Shown piece after piece: positions 48,735 to 61,231 of a DNA stretch of 64,000 bases (position 1 is its first letter; the number at the start of each line of letters is the position of its first letter). Both the position numbers and the translations under genes were made by a program. A model generated the notes under the pieces. It made no database searches. It was not told the origin of the DNA and saw only the letters and a program-made list of their open reading frames with translations. The DNA comes from Candidatus Buchananbacteria bacterium. Lineage in GTDB: Bacteria; Patescibacteriota; Patescibacteriia; Buchananbacterales; UBA6539. Location of the stretch: NCBI GenBank assembly GCA_013359225.1, contig JABWCG010000001.1:360021-424020 (forward strand). Direction: 5' to 3'.

Positions 48735-49763
48735 TTAGATGAACCATCTTCTAATTTCTCGCGGTTGAACTTTCTTGTGTGACATTGTAATCCGGCGCTT
48801 TAGAAACATTTTTGGTGCCAACCGGAAAAATTCAACAAAACTTTTCAACTGAAAATGTTCAAAAAATAGCGCATAAAAAACAATTCGCATTTCCCGTCCG
48901 ACAAACCACGGCAATGCCAAAAATATATTCAACCACTGGTCATTTTTTAGGATCATCAAATGATGATTTCTAAAAGAATATTGGCGTAACATTTTTGAAA
49001 CCGCCTTACGTGACTGCATCACTTTCTTGATTGCATGTTCAGTCGTAACTGACAGCCGACGATGATGATAACAAATCGCACTTGGAACATACCAAGAACT
49101 AAAACCATATAGTCGAAGCCTCCAGGCTAAATCAATATCTTCTTTATAGGCGAAAAAATCATTATCAAAATATTCATTTTTTACCATCACCTCATCTAAT
49201 GCCGTCCGACGATATAACACGCAAGCACCGGTCAAGCCAAACACTTCCTCTGTCCGGTCAAATTGCCCCTGATCTTTCTGGCCTTCGCCGCGATTAATTA
49301 CTTTACGGCTTTTAAACACCAGCAGTCCGGTTGAATCAATAACGTTTGATTTAACCGTTTCCCGTAAGCCTTCCTGATCATTTTCGTCATACGCTTCCGT
49401 GCTCATTTTTAAAATCTTACCGCCAAAGCTGCCCGCCTCCGGATGCGCCTCGGCGAAGTTGATTATTGTTTGCAAAAAATTGTCGGCTAAAACCACATCC
49501 GGATTCATCACTAACACATACTCCGACTTAGACAGCTGGATTCCCTGGTTATTGGCCTTAGAAAAACCAAAATTTTTAAAGTTTTGTAAAATAGAAACCG
49601 TCGGATAATTAGAGCGAACAAACTCAACCGTGCCGTCGTCAGAGCCGTTATCAATTACCATTACTGAAAAATCCCGAAAATTCTGGCGCATCAATGATTC
49701 AAGGCAATCAAAGATATACCTCATTGAATTCCAGGTGACAATTTGAATGGAAATTTTATTCAT
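48735..49763 (-). CDS. Glycosyltransferase family 2
   Basis: IVTWN, IDNGSDD, MNPD, YKEDID. Confidence 0.92.
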   Translation of the reverse strand: MNKISIQIVTWNSMRYIFDCLESLMRQNFRDFSVMVIDNGSDDGTVEFVRSNYPTVSILQNFKNFGFSKANNQGIQLSKSEYVLVMNPDVVLADNFLQTIINFAEAHPEAGSFGGKILKMSTEAYDENDQEGLRETVKSNVIDSTGLLVFKSRKVINRGEGQKDQGQFDRTEEVFGLTGACVLYRRTALDEVMVKNEYFDNDFFAYKEDIDLAWRLRLYGFSSWYVPSAICYHHRRLSVTTEHAIKKVMQSRKAVSKMLRQYSFRNHHLMILKNDQWLNIFLALPWFVGREMRIVFYALFFEHFQLKSFVEFFRLAPKMFLKRRITMSHKKVQPREIRRWFI

Positions 49764-49766
49764 AGA

Positions 49767-51260
49767 TTATTTTTTTTCTGTTACCCAAAAACCGAGCCGA
49801 AACTTTCCACCAAGCATCAGTCTGGTTTGAGCGTCAGTAGCAGGCAACGAACCAAAAAGAATTAGAGTAACCGGAACCATAATCCACTGTAATAACATAA
49901 CTAATTGATGATACCGGCTATGGGTCTGCGGCCGGCGGGGCAACATAATTGTATACAGTACCGCAATGATAATCAAACCAACCATCGACGCTCTCATTAA
50001 AAGAGATAGAATATGAGGTGCATTCTGAAATAACGCCGTGGTTCGATCCTGTGTTCCGGCCAACCACAGCGGAAGATGTCCGGCAATCAAAATAATAATT
50101 GGCGCTGTTGCCCAGGAATACACACCCTCGGTCTGGTTCCATAAATAATATATCTTTTTTAAAAACGGCACGCTTCTGCCTTCGCCAGACTTAAACCAAA
50201 ACTGTTTTACCATCCAGGGAAAATGCTCCACTCCCCAAGCCCAGCGCCTCATTTGTTTATACTGATTTTTCAAGCTACGCCAAAACTGACCGATATCAAC
50301 CGTGTTCATATAGACTGGAATATACATCGGGACTGTTTCATAATCACCATTATACCGAACTAACCCCTGAAGAAAAATCCGAGAATCTTCAGTCACAATT
50401 GTCTTATCCCAAAAACCAACATCGACCAACGCTCGAAAACTCATTGAATGGGAAGAGAAAGTAAACAACCGTTCTGATCGTGACAAATCAGTGAATAGCC
50501 AAAACGTTGTTGAAGAAGCAACCACTCGCACCACCGGGTTTGATTCCCAAATATTATTATTGTAGATTGCCACTGGCTGATAGCTTGCCCGAGTCGGTTT
50601 CGGATGAGTTAAATATTTGTATGTCAGGCAAGCAAAATACTGCGTATGAACACAGGTATCAATGTCAAAATTTGAAACGATGACTTTGTCATAGTCAACT
50701 CCCAATTGATCAATATACTGTTGGGCTTGCCGACCGGCATAATGGGTATTTGATCCTTTGCCCGGCAATTCATCAGGGAGATTTTTTGGATGAACAGTTA
50801 TTAAGAGATTAAAAAATTTATCAGCATACTGTTTTTTGATTTCCTCAGCAATCAATAAAAAATTTTCCTGATCGCGCTCTTCACCAGCTAACACCACAAT
50901 AAACTTTTTTAAATCATAGTTAGATTGAATCAAGGCCTTAAAAGGCTTTTCAACAATCTGATATGGTTCTTTATAGGTTGGTAAAAAAATTAGATGGTAA
51001 TAATCCAAGTAATTTTTGTCTAGTTGTTTTACTTTATCAAACCAATCAACCTTGCTGTCATGTCTAAATCTTTTCCAGGAAGCCAGTAAATGAATTAACA
51101 TATACGAAATCCGCAGCAGCCAATAGACGTCAAAAGCGATAATGAAATAAATCGCCCAAAGTGGCTTAAATAAAGAAAGGCTGATTGTAAAAATGAAAGT
51201 CAGCCAGACTAAAAAACCTGGAATAATCTCCAGAATTCTGTATTTAGCTTTATCTGTCAT
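49767..51260 (-). CDS. Processive-type membrane glycosyltransferase (GT2, QxxRW motif)
   Basis: LPTYKE, DID, TEDS, QMRRWAWG with flanking TMs. Confidence 0.82.
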   Translation of the reverse strand: MTDKAKYRILEIIPGFLVWLTFIFTISLSLFKPLWAIYFIIAFDVYWLLRISYMLIHLLASWKRFRHDSKVDWFDKVKQLDKNYLDYYHLIFLPTYKEPYQIVEKPFKALIQSNYDLKKFIVVLAGEERDQENFLLIAEEIKKQYADKFFNLLITVHPKNLPDELPGKGSNTHYAGRQAQQYIDQLGVDYDKVIVSNFDIDTCVHTQYFACLTYKYLTHPKPTRASYQPVAIYNNNIWESNPVVRVVASSTTFWLFTDLSRSERLFTFSSHSMSFRALVDVGFWDKTIVTEDSRIFLQGLVRYNGDYETVPMYIPVYMNTVDIGQFWRSLKNQYKQMRRWAWGVEHFPWMVKQFWFKSGEGRSVPFLKKIYYLWNQTEGVYSWATAPIIILIAGHLPLWLAGTQDRTTALFQNAPHILSLLMRASMVGLIIIAVLYTIMLPRRPQTHSRYHQLVMLLQWIMVPVTLILFGSLPATDAQTRLMLGGKFRLGFWVTEKK

Positions 51261-51330
51261 ACTCTAATTTAACCAAAAAAGACTTGATTTGGCAAATTAA
51301 AAAACCGGCAACACTTAACCGGTTTAATGG

Positions 51331-52917
51331 CTATATCAATGGACTGCCTGTCATATCTTCCGGCTGATCAATTTCCAGCAGCTTAAGCAGGGTCGGTGAG
51401 ATATCGGCCAGGATGCCGGCAGGCGTCAACACACTTAAATCGCCGTTAGCACTGTCTAGTCCGGATACTAACGTTTTTCCCTTCCAGCGGTCGCCAACAA
51501 CAATAAACGGCACGGGATTAGTACTATGTTCTTTAGAGACCTCGCCCGTTTGCAAGTTAATCATTTCGTCGCAATTACCATGATCCGCTGTAATAATAAT
51601 TGAACCTCCGCTGGCCATCACGGCATCCGCAATCTGCCCTAAGCAACGGTCACAGGTTTCAACCGCTTTTACTGCCGCCGGAATTACACCAGTATGCCCC
51701 ACCATGTCGGGGTTGGCAAAATTAACGACATAAAAATCATTCTGACCTTCCTTAATACTTTTAACTAGCTTTTCAGTCAGCTCAACCACACTCATTTCCG
51801 GCTTTTGGTCATAGCTTGGAACAGCTGGTGATGGCACTAAAATTCGGCTTTCTCCTGGAAAAGGATCTTCGCGCCGGCCGTTAAAAAAGAAGGTGACATG
51901 TGCATACTTCTCAGTTTCAGCCGCATGCATCTGCTTTAAATTCTTGTCGGAAATAATTTTAGCAATCGGCGTTTGGATGTTCTCGTCCGGGAATGCAATA
52001 TCAACCGGTAAATCTTTTTCATATTCCGTAAAAGCCGTGAACTGCAAATCTTTAACTGGCTTGCGTTTAAATTTATCAAAACCCGGCAATGAAAAAATTG
52101 CTGTCATTTGTCGGGCACGGTCCGCTCGAAAATTAAAAAATATCATTGCATCTTTATCATCAACCGGTGCTACTGGTTTACCGCTGGATATAATTGCCGT
52201 CGGGACAAATTCTTCATCAAAAACATTCTTGGCGTATGACGCCTCAATAGCTTTAATTGGATCATCGAAAGCGACTTCAGCGGCACCTTCCGCAATAGCA
52301 CGATATGCCCGCTCCTCGCGATCCCAATGGTTGTCTCGATCCATGGCGTAAAATCGTCCGCTCAAACTGGCAATTTTACCAATGCCCACTTCTTTAATTT
52401 TATTCTGCAGTAGTTTAATAAAACCAATCGCCCCGTCTTTTGCTGTATCCCGGCCGTCCAAAAAAGCATGAATATATACATCTTTAAAATCATGCTTCTT
52501 GCACAAATCAAGCAAAGCATACAAATGATCTTGGTGGGAATGCACTCCGCCATTGGAGACTAGCCCCATTAGATGTAGCTTAGTTTTATTCTTCTTTGCA
52601 TATTTAACCGAAGCCACCAGTTTTTCATTAGTCAAAAAAGTGCCGTCTTCAATTGATTTGTTAATTTTCGGCAACGTCTGATAGATAATTTGACCAGAGC
52701 CCAAGTTAAGGTGACAGACTTCAGAATTTCCCATTTCACCCCACGACAAACCAACGGCTTCGCCCGATGCCTGCAGAGTCAAAGTTGGATAGTCACTAAT
52801 AAAACTGTTTAATACCGGTTTTTTTGCTAAAGCTACAGCATTGCCATTACCGGGAGCGGCAATGCCAAAACCGTCTAAAATTAAAAGCATTACTGGTTTT
52901 GGTCTGGTTTGGGCCAT
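51331..52917 (-). CDS. gpmI: 2,3-bisphosphoglycerate-independent phosphoglycerate mutase (copy 2)
   Basis: ILDGFG, GNSEVCH, GGVHSH, DGRD, ETEKYAHVTFFF, DMVGHTG, TADHGN. Confidence 0.94.
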   Translation of the reverse strand: MAQTRPKPVMLLILDGFGIAAPGNGNAVALAKKPVLNSFISDYPTLTLQASGEAVGLSWGEMGNSEVCHLNLGSGQIIYQTLPKINKSIEDGTFLTNEKLVASVKYAKKNKTKLHLMGLVSNGGVHSHQDHLYALLDLCKKHDFKDVYIHAFLDGRDTAKDGAIGFIKLLQNKIKEVGIGKIASLSGRFYAMDRDNHWDREERAYRAIAEGAAEVAFDDPIKAIEASYAKNVFDEEFVPTAIISSGKPVAPVDDKDAMIFFNFRADRARQMTAIFSLPGFDKFKRKPVKDLQFTAFTEYEKDLPVDIAFPDENIQTPIAKIISDKNLKQMHAAETEKYAHVTFFFNGRREDPFPGESRILVPSPAVPSYDQKPEMSVVELTEKLVKSIKEGQNDFYVVNFANPDMVGHTGVIPAAVKAVETCDRCLGQIADAVMASGGSIIITADHGNCDEMINLQTGEVSKEHSTNPVPFIVVGDRWKGKTLVSGLDSANGDLSVLTPAGILADISPTLLKLLEIDQPEDMTGSPLI

Positions 52918-52918
52918 A

Positions 52919-54499
52919 TTAAATTAAACTTTTACCCGTCATTTCTTTCGGTTTTTTAGCATTCAATAACTTTAAAATAGTTGGGGCGATGTCTCCCAAC
53001 TTTCCTTTTTTCAATTTTCTTTTCTTGTCAGACTTCTCAATTAATATAAAGGGAACCGGATTGGTCGTGTGCTCAGTATACATCTCTCGCGTCTCTAAGT
53101 CCAGCATTTTCTCAGCATTACCGTGGTCCGCCGTAATAATAAATATCCCGTTTCGTTTAAGCACTGCCGCAGCGATTTTACCGATTGATTCATCAATTGC
53201 CTCAACTGCCTTAATGCAAGCCTGAATGTTTCCGGTATGAGCAATCATATCGGCGGCGGCAAAATTAATGACAATAAAATCATAACTATCAAGCGATTTT
53301 AAAACCCTGCTGGTGATTTTACGAGTTGACATTTCCGGAACCTGATCATAAGAATCAACCGGCGGCGAGTCAAGCACTACTCGATCTTCCCCATTAACCG
53401 GGTCGGCATAACCGCCATTAAAGAAGTATGTTACGTGAGCATACTTTTCCTTCTCGGCAATATAAAGCTGCTTCCTGTCTTTTAATACCATCGGTAACGT
53501 TCCAGTAATATCTTCAGAAGGAAAAGCAGTTAAAATGGCTCCCAGGTCAGGACCAAAATCAGTCATAGCGGTAAACAAAATATCTTTCAAAACTTTTTTT
53601 CTTTTGAACGAACCAGGATTTAATTCATTAAACCCGTCTTGAACAAACGATTTTGCCAGTTGCCTTGCCCGATCAGACCGTAAATTAAAAAAGATTATTG
53701 CATCCTTATCTTTGATTTTAGCAATTGGTTTATCCTGGCGACAAATCACATAGGGCCTAATAAATTCATCTGTTTCACCGCGGTTATACGACTGAGTTAT
53801 TGCCGCCTGCGGACTTTTTATTTTTATTCCTTTCGCCATCACCATCGCGTCATACGCGGCTTCAGTTCTTGACCATTCTTTCTTTCGATCCATAGCATAA
53901 AATCGCCCCATAATCGTTGCAATCCACTCACCCGTCCTGACACCATTTTTAGTTTCTTTATTCTTTAGTGACCGCATCAGTGCCTCAACCATTTTTAACG
54001 CACCGTGCGGCACCGAATCTCGACCATCGGTAAAGATATGCAAATATACATTTTTAATCTTTTTTTTCCTGGTCCAACTTAACAGCGCCAACAAATGATC
54101 CGGGTCGCTATGAGCGCTGCCGCCGTCAGACAACATTCCCATCAAATGCAGGTCAGAATTATTTTTTTGCGTATGAACATACGCCGCCTCAAAGGCTGGA
54201 TTCTTAAAGAATTTACCAGTACTAATTGCCTTAGAAATATAAACCGAATCCTGATCAACAACCCGGCCAGCGCCGATATTCATGTGTCCAGCTTCTGAAT
54301 TTCCAGGTTGGTCGGCCGGTAAACCGACCTCCCTGCCGTGAGCAACCAACTCGGTATGAGAATATTTTTTCAGCAACGCGTCATAATTTGGTTTCTTTGC
54401 TAATTCAATCGCGTTTGCGTCCGACTTGGGCGCGATACCAAAGCCGTCTAAAACCAACAGCACTAACGGTTTTTTTGTTTTGGAAAGATTCTTATTCAT
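52919..54499 (-). CDS. gpmI: 2,3-bisphosphoglycerate-independent phosphoglycerate mutase (copy 1)
   Basis: VLDGFG, GNSEAGH, DGRD, EKYAHVTYFF, DMIAHTG, TADHGN. Confidence 0.92.
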   Translation of the reverse strand: MNKNLSKTKKPLVLLVLDGFGIAPKSDANAIELAKKPNYDALLKKYSHTELVAHGREVGLPADQPGNSEAGHMNIGAGRVVDQDSVYISKAISTGKFFKNPAFEAAYVHTQKNNSDLHLMGMLSDGGSAHSDPDHLLALLSWTRKKKIKNVYLHIFTDGRDSVPHGALKMVEALMRSLKNKETKNGVRTGEWIATIMGRFYAMDRKKEWSRTEAAYDAMVMAKGIKIKSPQAAITQSYNRGETDEFIRPYVICRQDKPIAKIKDKDAIIFFNLRSDRARQLAKSFVQDGFNELNPGSFKRKKVLKDILFTAMTDFGPDLGAILTAFPSEDITGTLPMVLKDRKQLYIAEKEKYAHVTYFFNGGYADPVNGEDRVVLDSPPVDSYDQVPEMSTRKITSRVLKSLDSYDFIVINFAAADMIAHTGNIQACIKAVEAIDESIGKIAAAVLKRNGIFIITADHGNAEKMLDLETREMYTEHTTNPVPFILIEKSDKKRKLKKGKLGDIAPTILKLLNAKKPKEMTGKSLI

Positions 54500-54501
54500 T
54501 G

Positions 54502-56563
<2,062 letters not shown>

Positions 56564-56581
56564 ACGTTTTTTATTTAATTA

Positions 56582-57814
56582 TTATTTTTTAATAATTGAT
56601 TTTAATGCTGGCAACTCCTTGCCGGATAAAAAGACTAAACTGGCGCCGCCGCCGGTTGAGACATGGGTAAATTTTCCTTCCAGATGATACTTCTGCAAAA
56701 CCATTTCAGTATCGCCGCCGCCAACCACTGTAATCGCCTGACGATTACGACTGATTGCTTCGGCAATTTTCTTAGTGCCAAACGCAAATTTGTCAATTTC
56801 AAAGACACCCATCGGACCATTGAAAAAAATAGTTTTAGCTTTTTTAATTTCTGCTAGATATCGGGCAATAGTGGCCGGACCAATATCCAAAAATTTCCAA
56901 CGCTTATTGATAGTTTGTTTTTGTGATACGTCAACAATCTCAATCAACGCCTGCTGATCCATTTTATTTCCGGCGATTAAATCTGTCGGTAAAATAATTT
57001 TATCTTTGTTCTTACGGTAAATCGTCCGGGCCAAAGATACAAAATTAACTTTTTTTCGTTTGGCTTTGTCGACAAACACATCTTCCACAAAAGAATCTCC
57101 GATTGGCGTACCATCAGCTTTCAAAAAAATATTAGCCAAACCGCCGCCGATTAAAATTTTGTCGGCGATTTTTACTAACTCCTGCAAAACGTCTACCTTA
57201 TCAGAAATTTTGGCGCCACCCAAAACAATTACCAACGGCTTTTTAGGTTTTTTATTAATTTTACTTAGTTGCGTAATTTCTTTTTCCAATAACAGCCCAG
57301 CATAGGTGGGTAATAGTTTCGTGATCCCTACCGTTGAAGAGTGGACTCGGTGCGACTGTGCAAAGGCGTCAAATACAACTAAATCAAAGCCGTGAGCCAA
57401 AAGTGCGGAAAATAATTTATTATTTTTTTCTTCTTCCGCATAAAACCGGACATTTTCCAGCATAATAAGTTCGCCATTTTTCATCCGGCTTACGGCCTCA
57501 TATACTTTTGGTCCGACGCAGTCATCAAGTTTTTTAACCGGTTTCTTTATCAATGTTGCCAAACGTTTTGCCACCGGATCCATTTTATACTTATCAACCA
57601 CTTTGCCTTCTGGTCTTTTAAGCCAAGATAAAAGAACAATTTTGCAATTGTTCTTCAGTAAATATTTTATCGTTGGTAAAGTTTCGGTGATCCGTCGGTC
57701 ATCGGCTACAACATAATTCGCACCTTTTTTTGTCAGCGGCAAATCATAGGCCACTCGCAGTAAAACCTTTTTTCCGCTAAGGTCTTTGACGCTGGTAATT
57801 GATTTTAGCTTCAT
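56582..57814 (-). CDS. pgk: Phosphoglycerate kinase
   Basis: LENVRF, LGGAKISDK, DIGP, NGPMGVFE, GGGDT, STGGGASL. Confidence 0.96.
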   Translation of the reverse strand: MKLKSITSVKDLSGKKVLLRVAYDLPLTKKGANYVVADDRRITETLPTIKYLLKNNCKIVLLSWLKRPEGKVVDKYKMDPVAKRLATLIKKPVKKLDDCVGPKVYEAVSRMKNGELIMLENVRFYAEEEKNNKLFSALLAHGFDLVVFDAFAQSHRVHSSTVGITKLLPTYAGLLLEKEITQLSKINKKPKKPLVIVLGGAKISDKVDVLQELVKIADKILIGGGLANIFLKADGTPIGDSFVEDVFVDKAKRKKVNFVSLARTIYRKNKDKIILPTDLIAGNKMDQQALIEIVDVSQKQTINKRWKFLDIGPATIARYLAEIKKAKTIFFNGPMGVFEIDKFAFGTKKIAEAISRNRQAITVVGGGDTEMVLQKYHLEGKFTHVSTGGGASLVFLSGKELPALKSIIKK

Positions 57815-57905
57815 TAATTAAAAAATTTTAGATAAAGATAACTAGCTCTTCATCTAAAATTATACCACAGTAATCAATTTTTAACTAGGGCGCAACCTGC
57901 CCGAC

Positions 57906-58298
57906 TTACTTACTGACGGTAAACTTCTCGTACATTACCTGCTGTTCCTGATCACCCTTTAAATAAACCACCTTAATTTCATAATCACCGGGTTTAATAC
58001 CGGTAATTTCAGCGGCAAATTTTTGGCTGCAGCGCTGGTCGGTTTCATTGCCCTGCAAAGTCAGGATAAAGGTATTCATCTCCCGCTTTAGTACCCCCTT
58101 TACGTTTGCCACGTCACAGCTAAAGTCAGCAAATGGAATTTCCAATTTAAGTCCAGTACCAGTCGGCTCAACTTTAGTTACCGTTGAAAGCTCATTAATA
58201 AAACTGTACTGAACAGCGTATTCTTCTTTCAGATGGCAAGCGCTGAAAAACAGTGTTCCAAATAGCAGGGTAATAAAAAAGTAAATTCTTGGTTTCAT
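57906..58298 (-). CDS. Hypothetical lipoprotein
   Basis: Lipobox FSAC; beta-rich mature domain with a Cys pair. Confidence 0.75.
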   Translation of the reverse strand: MKPRIYFFITLLFGTLFFSACHLKEEYAVQYSFINELSTVTKVEPTGTGLKLEIPFADFSCDVANVKGVLKREMNTFILTLQGNETDQRCSQKFAAEITGIKPGDYEIKVVYLKGDQEQQVMYEKFTVSK

Positions 58299-58326
58299 AT
58301 ATAAAAGTATAGCATAAAAATAAAAA

Positions 58327-58354
58327 GCGGGAAAAACCTGACGGATTTTCCCGC
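58327..58354 (-). terminator. Terminator after thrC
   Basis: GCGGGAAAA...TTTTCCCGC stem with a U-tract on the - strand. Confidence 0.7.
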
Positions 58355-58371
58355 ATCTAACCCTTAATGAA

Positions 58372-59682
58372 CTAAAGCTTCATCAGCCGGGCCACTGTGT
58401 CCGGCTGGCAATCGTCGGCCAAAACCGGCTGAGTACCCTTTGGTTCCAGGAAGGGCTGACTGAATTTGAGTCCGTCGGCAGTGCAAATGACCACAACGGT
58501 TTCGCCTTCATGCACCAACCCTCGACTGACCGCTTTTTTCAGACCGGCCAACGCGACGCCGCTTTGCGGACAAACGAAATGGCCGTCTTTAGCGCAGGCC
58601 AGCACTGCCGGGTAAGCTTCCTGGTCAGAAGCGTCCAGAATCGCGCCGTTAGAGGCGATGATTTCCCGCATCACCTTGCGCTTAGACACCGGGTCGCCGA
58701 TTCTCATCGCCGTTGCCATTGTTTCGCCAACCTTAACCGGTTGGTAAATTTCAAGCCACTGCCGGACCAGTGCCGCCTGTTCATCGGCCGATAAATCCGG
58801 CCTGATGGCAATGTTCGGCCATGATATTGCCAGAGGGTTTGCAGCATTTGACTGGCAGCCAATAATCCGGGTCTGATGTTCAAACCCAAGGCTGGTCAGC
58901 AACCGTAAGGCCTTACCCACCGAACTGGCATTACTGCCATTACCAATCGGCACGAAAACGACATCAAGAGATTTCCAGCCGAACTGGCGAATCGCTTGAA
59001 AGACCGTTGTCTGATGTCCTTGAATCCGCGCCGGATTCAGACTGTTGCCAGGGTAAACCCCGCGCTTGACTAACTCACGAAATACTCGCATACAATCATC
59101 AAACGTTCCGGGCAGCAGGATCACTTGCGCGCCAAACAGCCTGACTTGCATCAGTTGCTCGGGCGTAATCTTGCCAGCCGGCAAGATGACTGTGCACTTA
59201 ATTCCGGCGTGGGCGCAAAATGCCGCCAGCGAAGCTGAGGTGTCACCCGTTGAAACACAGGCAATAAATTCGACACCGCCGGCTTTGGCGATGGAAACCA
59301 AGACGGTCATGCCATCGTCCTTGAAACTGCCGGTCGGATTTTTACCGCGAAGCGAAAGCCACAGCTTCAACGGCATGCCGATATATTCCTTAAGATGCCG
59401 TCCGGCCTCAACCAGCGGCACCAAGCCTTCACCAATCGAAACGATGTTGTCCGCCGATAAATCAGGCGCTACCCAGGGTTTGAAATCCCACACCCCGGAG
59501 TTAAAGTCTGACTTCCTGGCGAATAACGCCTTCCAATCGGCCGGGCGGTGATGTAGTGGTACCGGCACGATCATATCGTACAGATTGCCACAATCCGGGC
59601 ATGAAAAGGCCCGTTCAGTGAGCACGTCGGCTTTTCGGCCGCAGCCGATACATGACAGAAAAGACGTTTCTAATTCGTTCAT
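58372..59682 (-). CDS. thrC: Threonine synthase-like PLP enzyme
   Basis: N-terminal CxxC..CxxC, NPTGSFKD, STGDTS, NSLNPAR, PIGNGSN; SD GGAGGA before MNELE; separate promoter TTGACG-17-TAAGGT (59787-59759). Confidence 0.82.
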   Translation of the reverse strand: MNELETSFLSCIGCGRKADVLTERAFSCPDCGNLYDMIVPVPLHHRPADWKALFARKSDFNSGVWDFKPWVAPDLSADNIVSIGEGLVPLVEAGRHLKEYIGMPLKLWLSLRGKNPTGSFKDDGMTVLVSIAKAGGVEFIACVSTGDTSASLAAFCAHAGIKCTVILPAGKITPEQLMQVRLFGAQVILLPGTFDDCMRVFRELVKRGVYPGNSLNPARIQGHQTTVFQAIRQFGWKSLDVVFVPIGNGSNASSVGKALRLLTSLGFEHQTRIIGCQSNAANPLAISWPNIAIRPDLSADEQAALVRQWLEIYQPVKVGETMATAMRIGDPVSKRKVMREIIASNGAILDASDQEAYPAVLACAKDGHFVCPQSGVALAGLKKAVSRGLVHEGETVVVICTADGLKFSQPFLEPKGTQPVLADDCQPDTVARLMKL

Positions 59683-59828
59683 ATGTCCTCCCGGTCCGGT
59701 TAGGTTGGTTGTGAAAGGGACAAAAATAAGGTTTGAGACATTATTCAAGCCTCAAAACACCTTAGACAAAAAATGCCGTTGCGTCAAGAAAAAACGAGCC
59801 TTGCAACCACAAGACTCGTCAAAAACCC

Positions 59829-60743
59829 TTAACGAACAAACAGACTGATTGGCACAACCACGATAGCGGTTGCGCCAGCCGCCTTCAATTCGGGGATCAG
59901 GCGCTCTACTGCCGACTCCTCAACAACCGCCTCCAAGGCAAAGCCTCCCGACTTCGAAAGATCCGACCTCGTCGGCTCGTCCGCCGACGGCAGAATTCGG
60001 CAGACATCACTGCAGTTTCTAGCCGCCACATTGCACTTGACAAGGACTTTGGTTCGCGCAGCAATCACGGCATTTAACAGCAGCCGAAATTCGGCGATGA
60101 TGTTTGCCTGAACCTTATTTTCCAGCGCCGCCGGATAAGTAATCAGACACGTCTGCGATTCCAGCGCCTGTTCAACAATGCGCCAGCCGCCGACTTTCAG
60201 CGAAAGCCCCGTTTCGGTGTTCTCAAAAATCGCGTCGGCCAAGCCATGAAACGCCTCAAGCGAACCATGAACATGAATGATATCGGGACTGACTCTCTTG
60301 CCATCAAGCCAGCGCCTGGCAAATGATGGATATTCGGTCGCCACCTCATGCTCTGGCATCAAATCAGTCACCGACTGGATCGGCGAATTTTCCGGCACCG
60401 CCAACACCAACTTAGTTGACCCGTACCCGCCACGCGACAACGGATACCTGTCTAAGACCACTACCTGGTCTTCAACGCCGGCCTCCGCAATCAAATCCTG
60501 AGCGGTAAACGCCAGTTCCGCCAAACCGCGGGCCACTACTTTAGGCGAATCCCACGGCCGCATTCGGCGAACAACATCAAACGGTGGCGCAAACAAACGC
60601 TTGTTGGCGATAATACCACGATACGATCGATCACCCCCCGGATAACTAACCGCACAATGGGCATCGGCAAGTAACCGGTGAATCACTTCCTTTAGTGATC
60701 CGTCCGGAACTACCAAGCGACATCCCTCACGACCCTCGTTCAA
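59829..60743 (-). CDS. hisG: ATP phosphoribosyltransferase (long form)
   Basis: VATEYP, ADAIFENTETG, C-terminal regulatory domain (EPT..L, IPELKAAGA); TTG start with SD AAGGAGGA. Confidence 0.87.
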   Translation of the reverse strand: MNEGREGCRLVVPDGSLKEVIHRLLADAHCAVSYPGGDRSYRGIIANKRLFAPPFDVVRRMRPWDSPKVVARGLAELAFTAQDLIAEAGVEDQVVVLDRYPLSRGGYGSTKLVLAVPENSPIQSVTDLMPEHEVATEYPSFARRWLDGKRVSPDIIHVHGSLEAFHGLADAIFENTETGLSLKVGGWRIVEQALESQTCLITYPAALENKVQANIIAEFRLLLNAVIAARTKVLVKCNVAARNCSDVCRILPSADEPTRSDLSKSGGFALEAVVEESAVERLIPELKAAGATAIVVVPISLFVR

Positions 60744-61125
60744 ATACGTATCCTCCTTCCTGCACTACACCATCAAGCTTAGTGAAAAAACAGCTTGGTT
60801 TACCAAAATGGCAGGCATACCCGTCGCCTGACACTTCAACCAAAAGTAGCACACAGTCTTTGTCGCAGTCAAGATAAGCGTCCCGGATTTTCATTGTGTT
60901 ACCGGATTCACCACCCTTATACCAAAGCAAATGGCGCGAAGTTGACCACAGCCAAACCTCGCCAGTCGCTTTAGTGTTTGACCAGGCTTCCTGATCAATA
61001 AAGCCGTGCATCAGTACCTCCTTTGTCCGGTAGTCCTGGACAATCGCCAGTACCAAACCGCCGCGCTGATTCAGCGACAAATCCAGTCGTGCTGAAAAAT
61101 CAGGAGCAAGCTCTTCTTTTTCCAT
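60727..61125 (-). CDS. hisI: Phosphoribosyl-AMP cyclohydrolase (monofunctional)
   Basis: AIVQD..T.EVLM, WSTSR..LWYKGGESG, DCDKD, ACHFGKPSCFF. Confidence 0.93.
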   Translation of the reverse strand: MEKEELAPDFSARLDLSLNQRGGLVLAIVQDYRTKEVLMHGFIDQEAWSNTKATGEVWLWSTSRHLLWYKGGESGNTMKIRDAYLDCDKDCVLLLVEVSGDGYACHFGKPSCFFTKLDGVVQEGGYVFERGS

Positions 61126-61177
61126 GTTCGTTCCCTCGCTTCTTGTGTTAAAAGATCAAAAAAACTTTTCTTACCCA

Positions 61178-61203
61178 TAAGAAAAGCCCCGCCGAAGGCG
61201 GGG
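61178..61203 (-). terminator. Attenuator terminator upstream of hisI
   Basis: - strand CCCCGCC-TTC-GGCGGGG followed by CTTTTCTT. Confidence 0.75.
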
Positions 61204-61231
61204 TAAGCTGACATTATCAAAAAATATCAAA

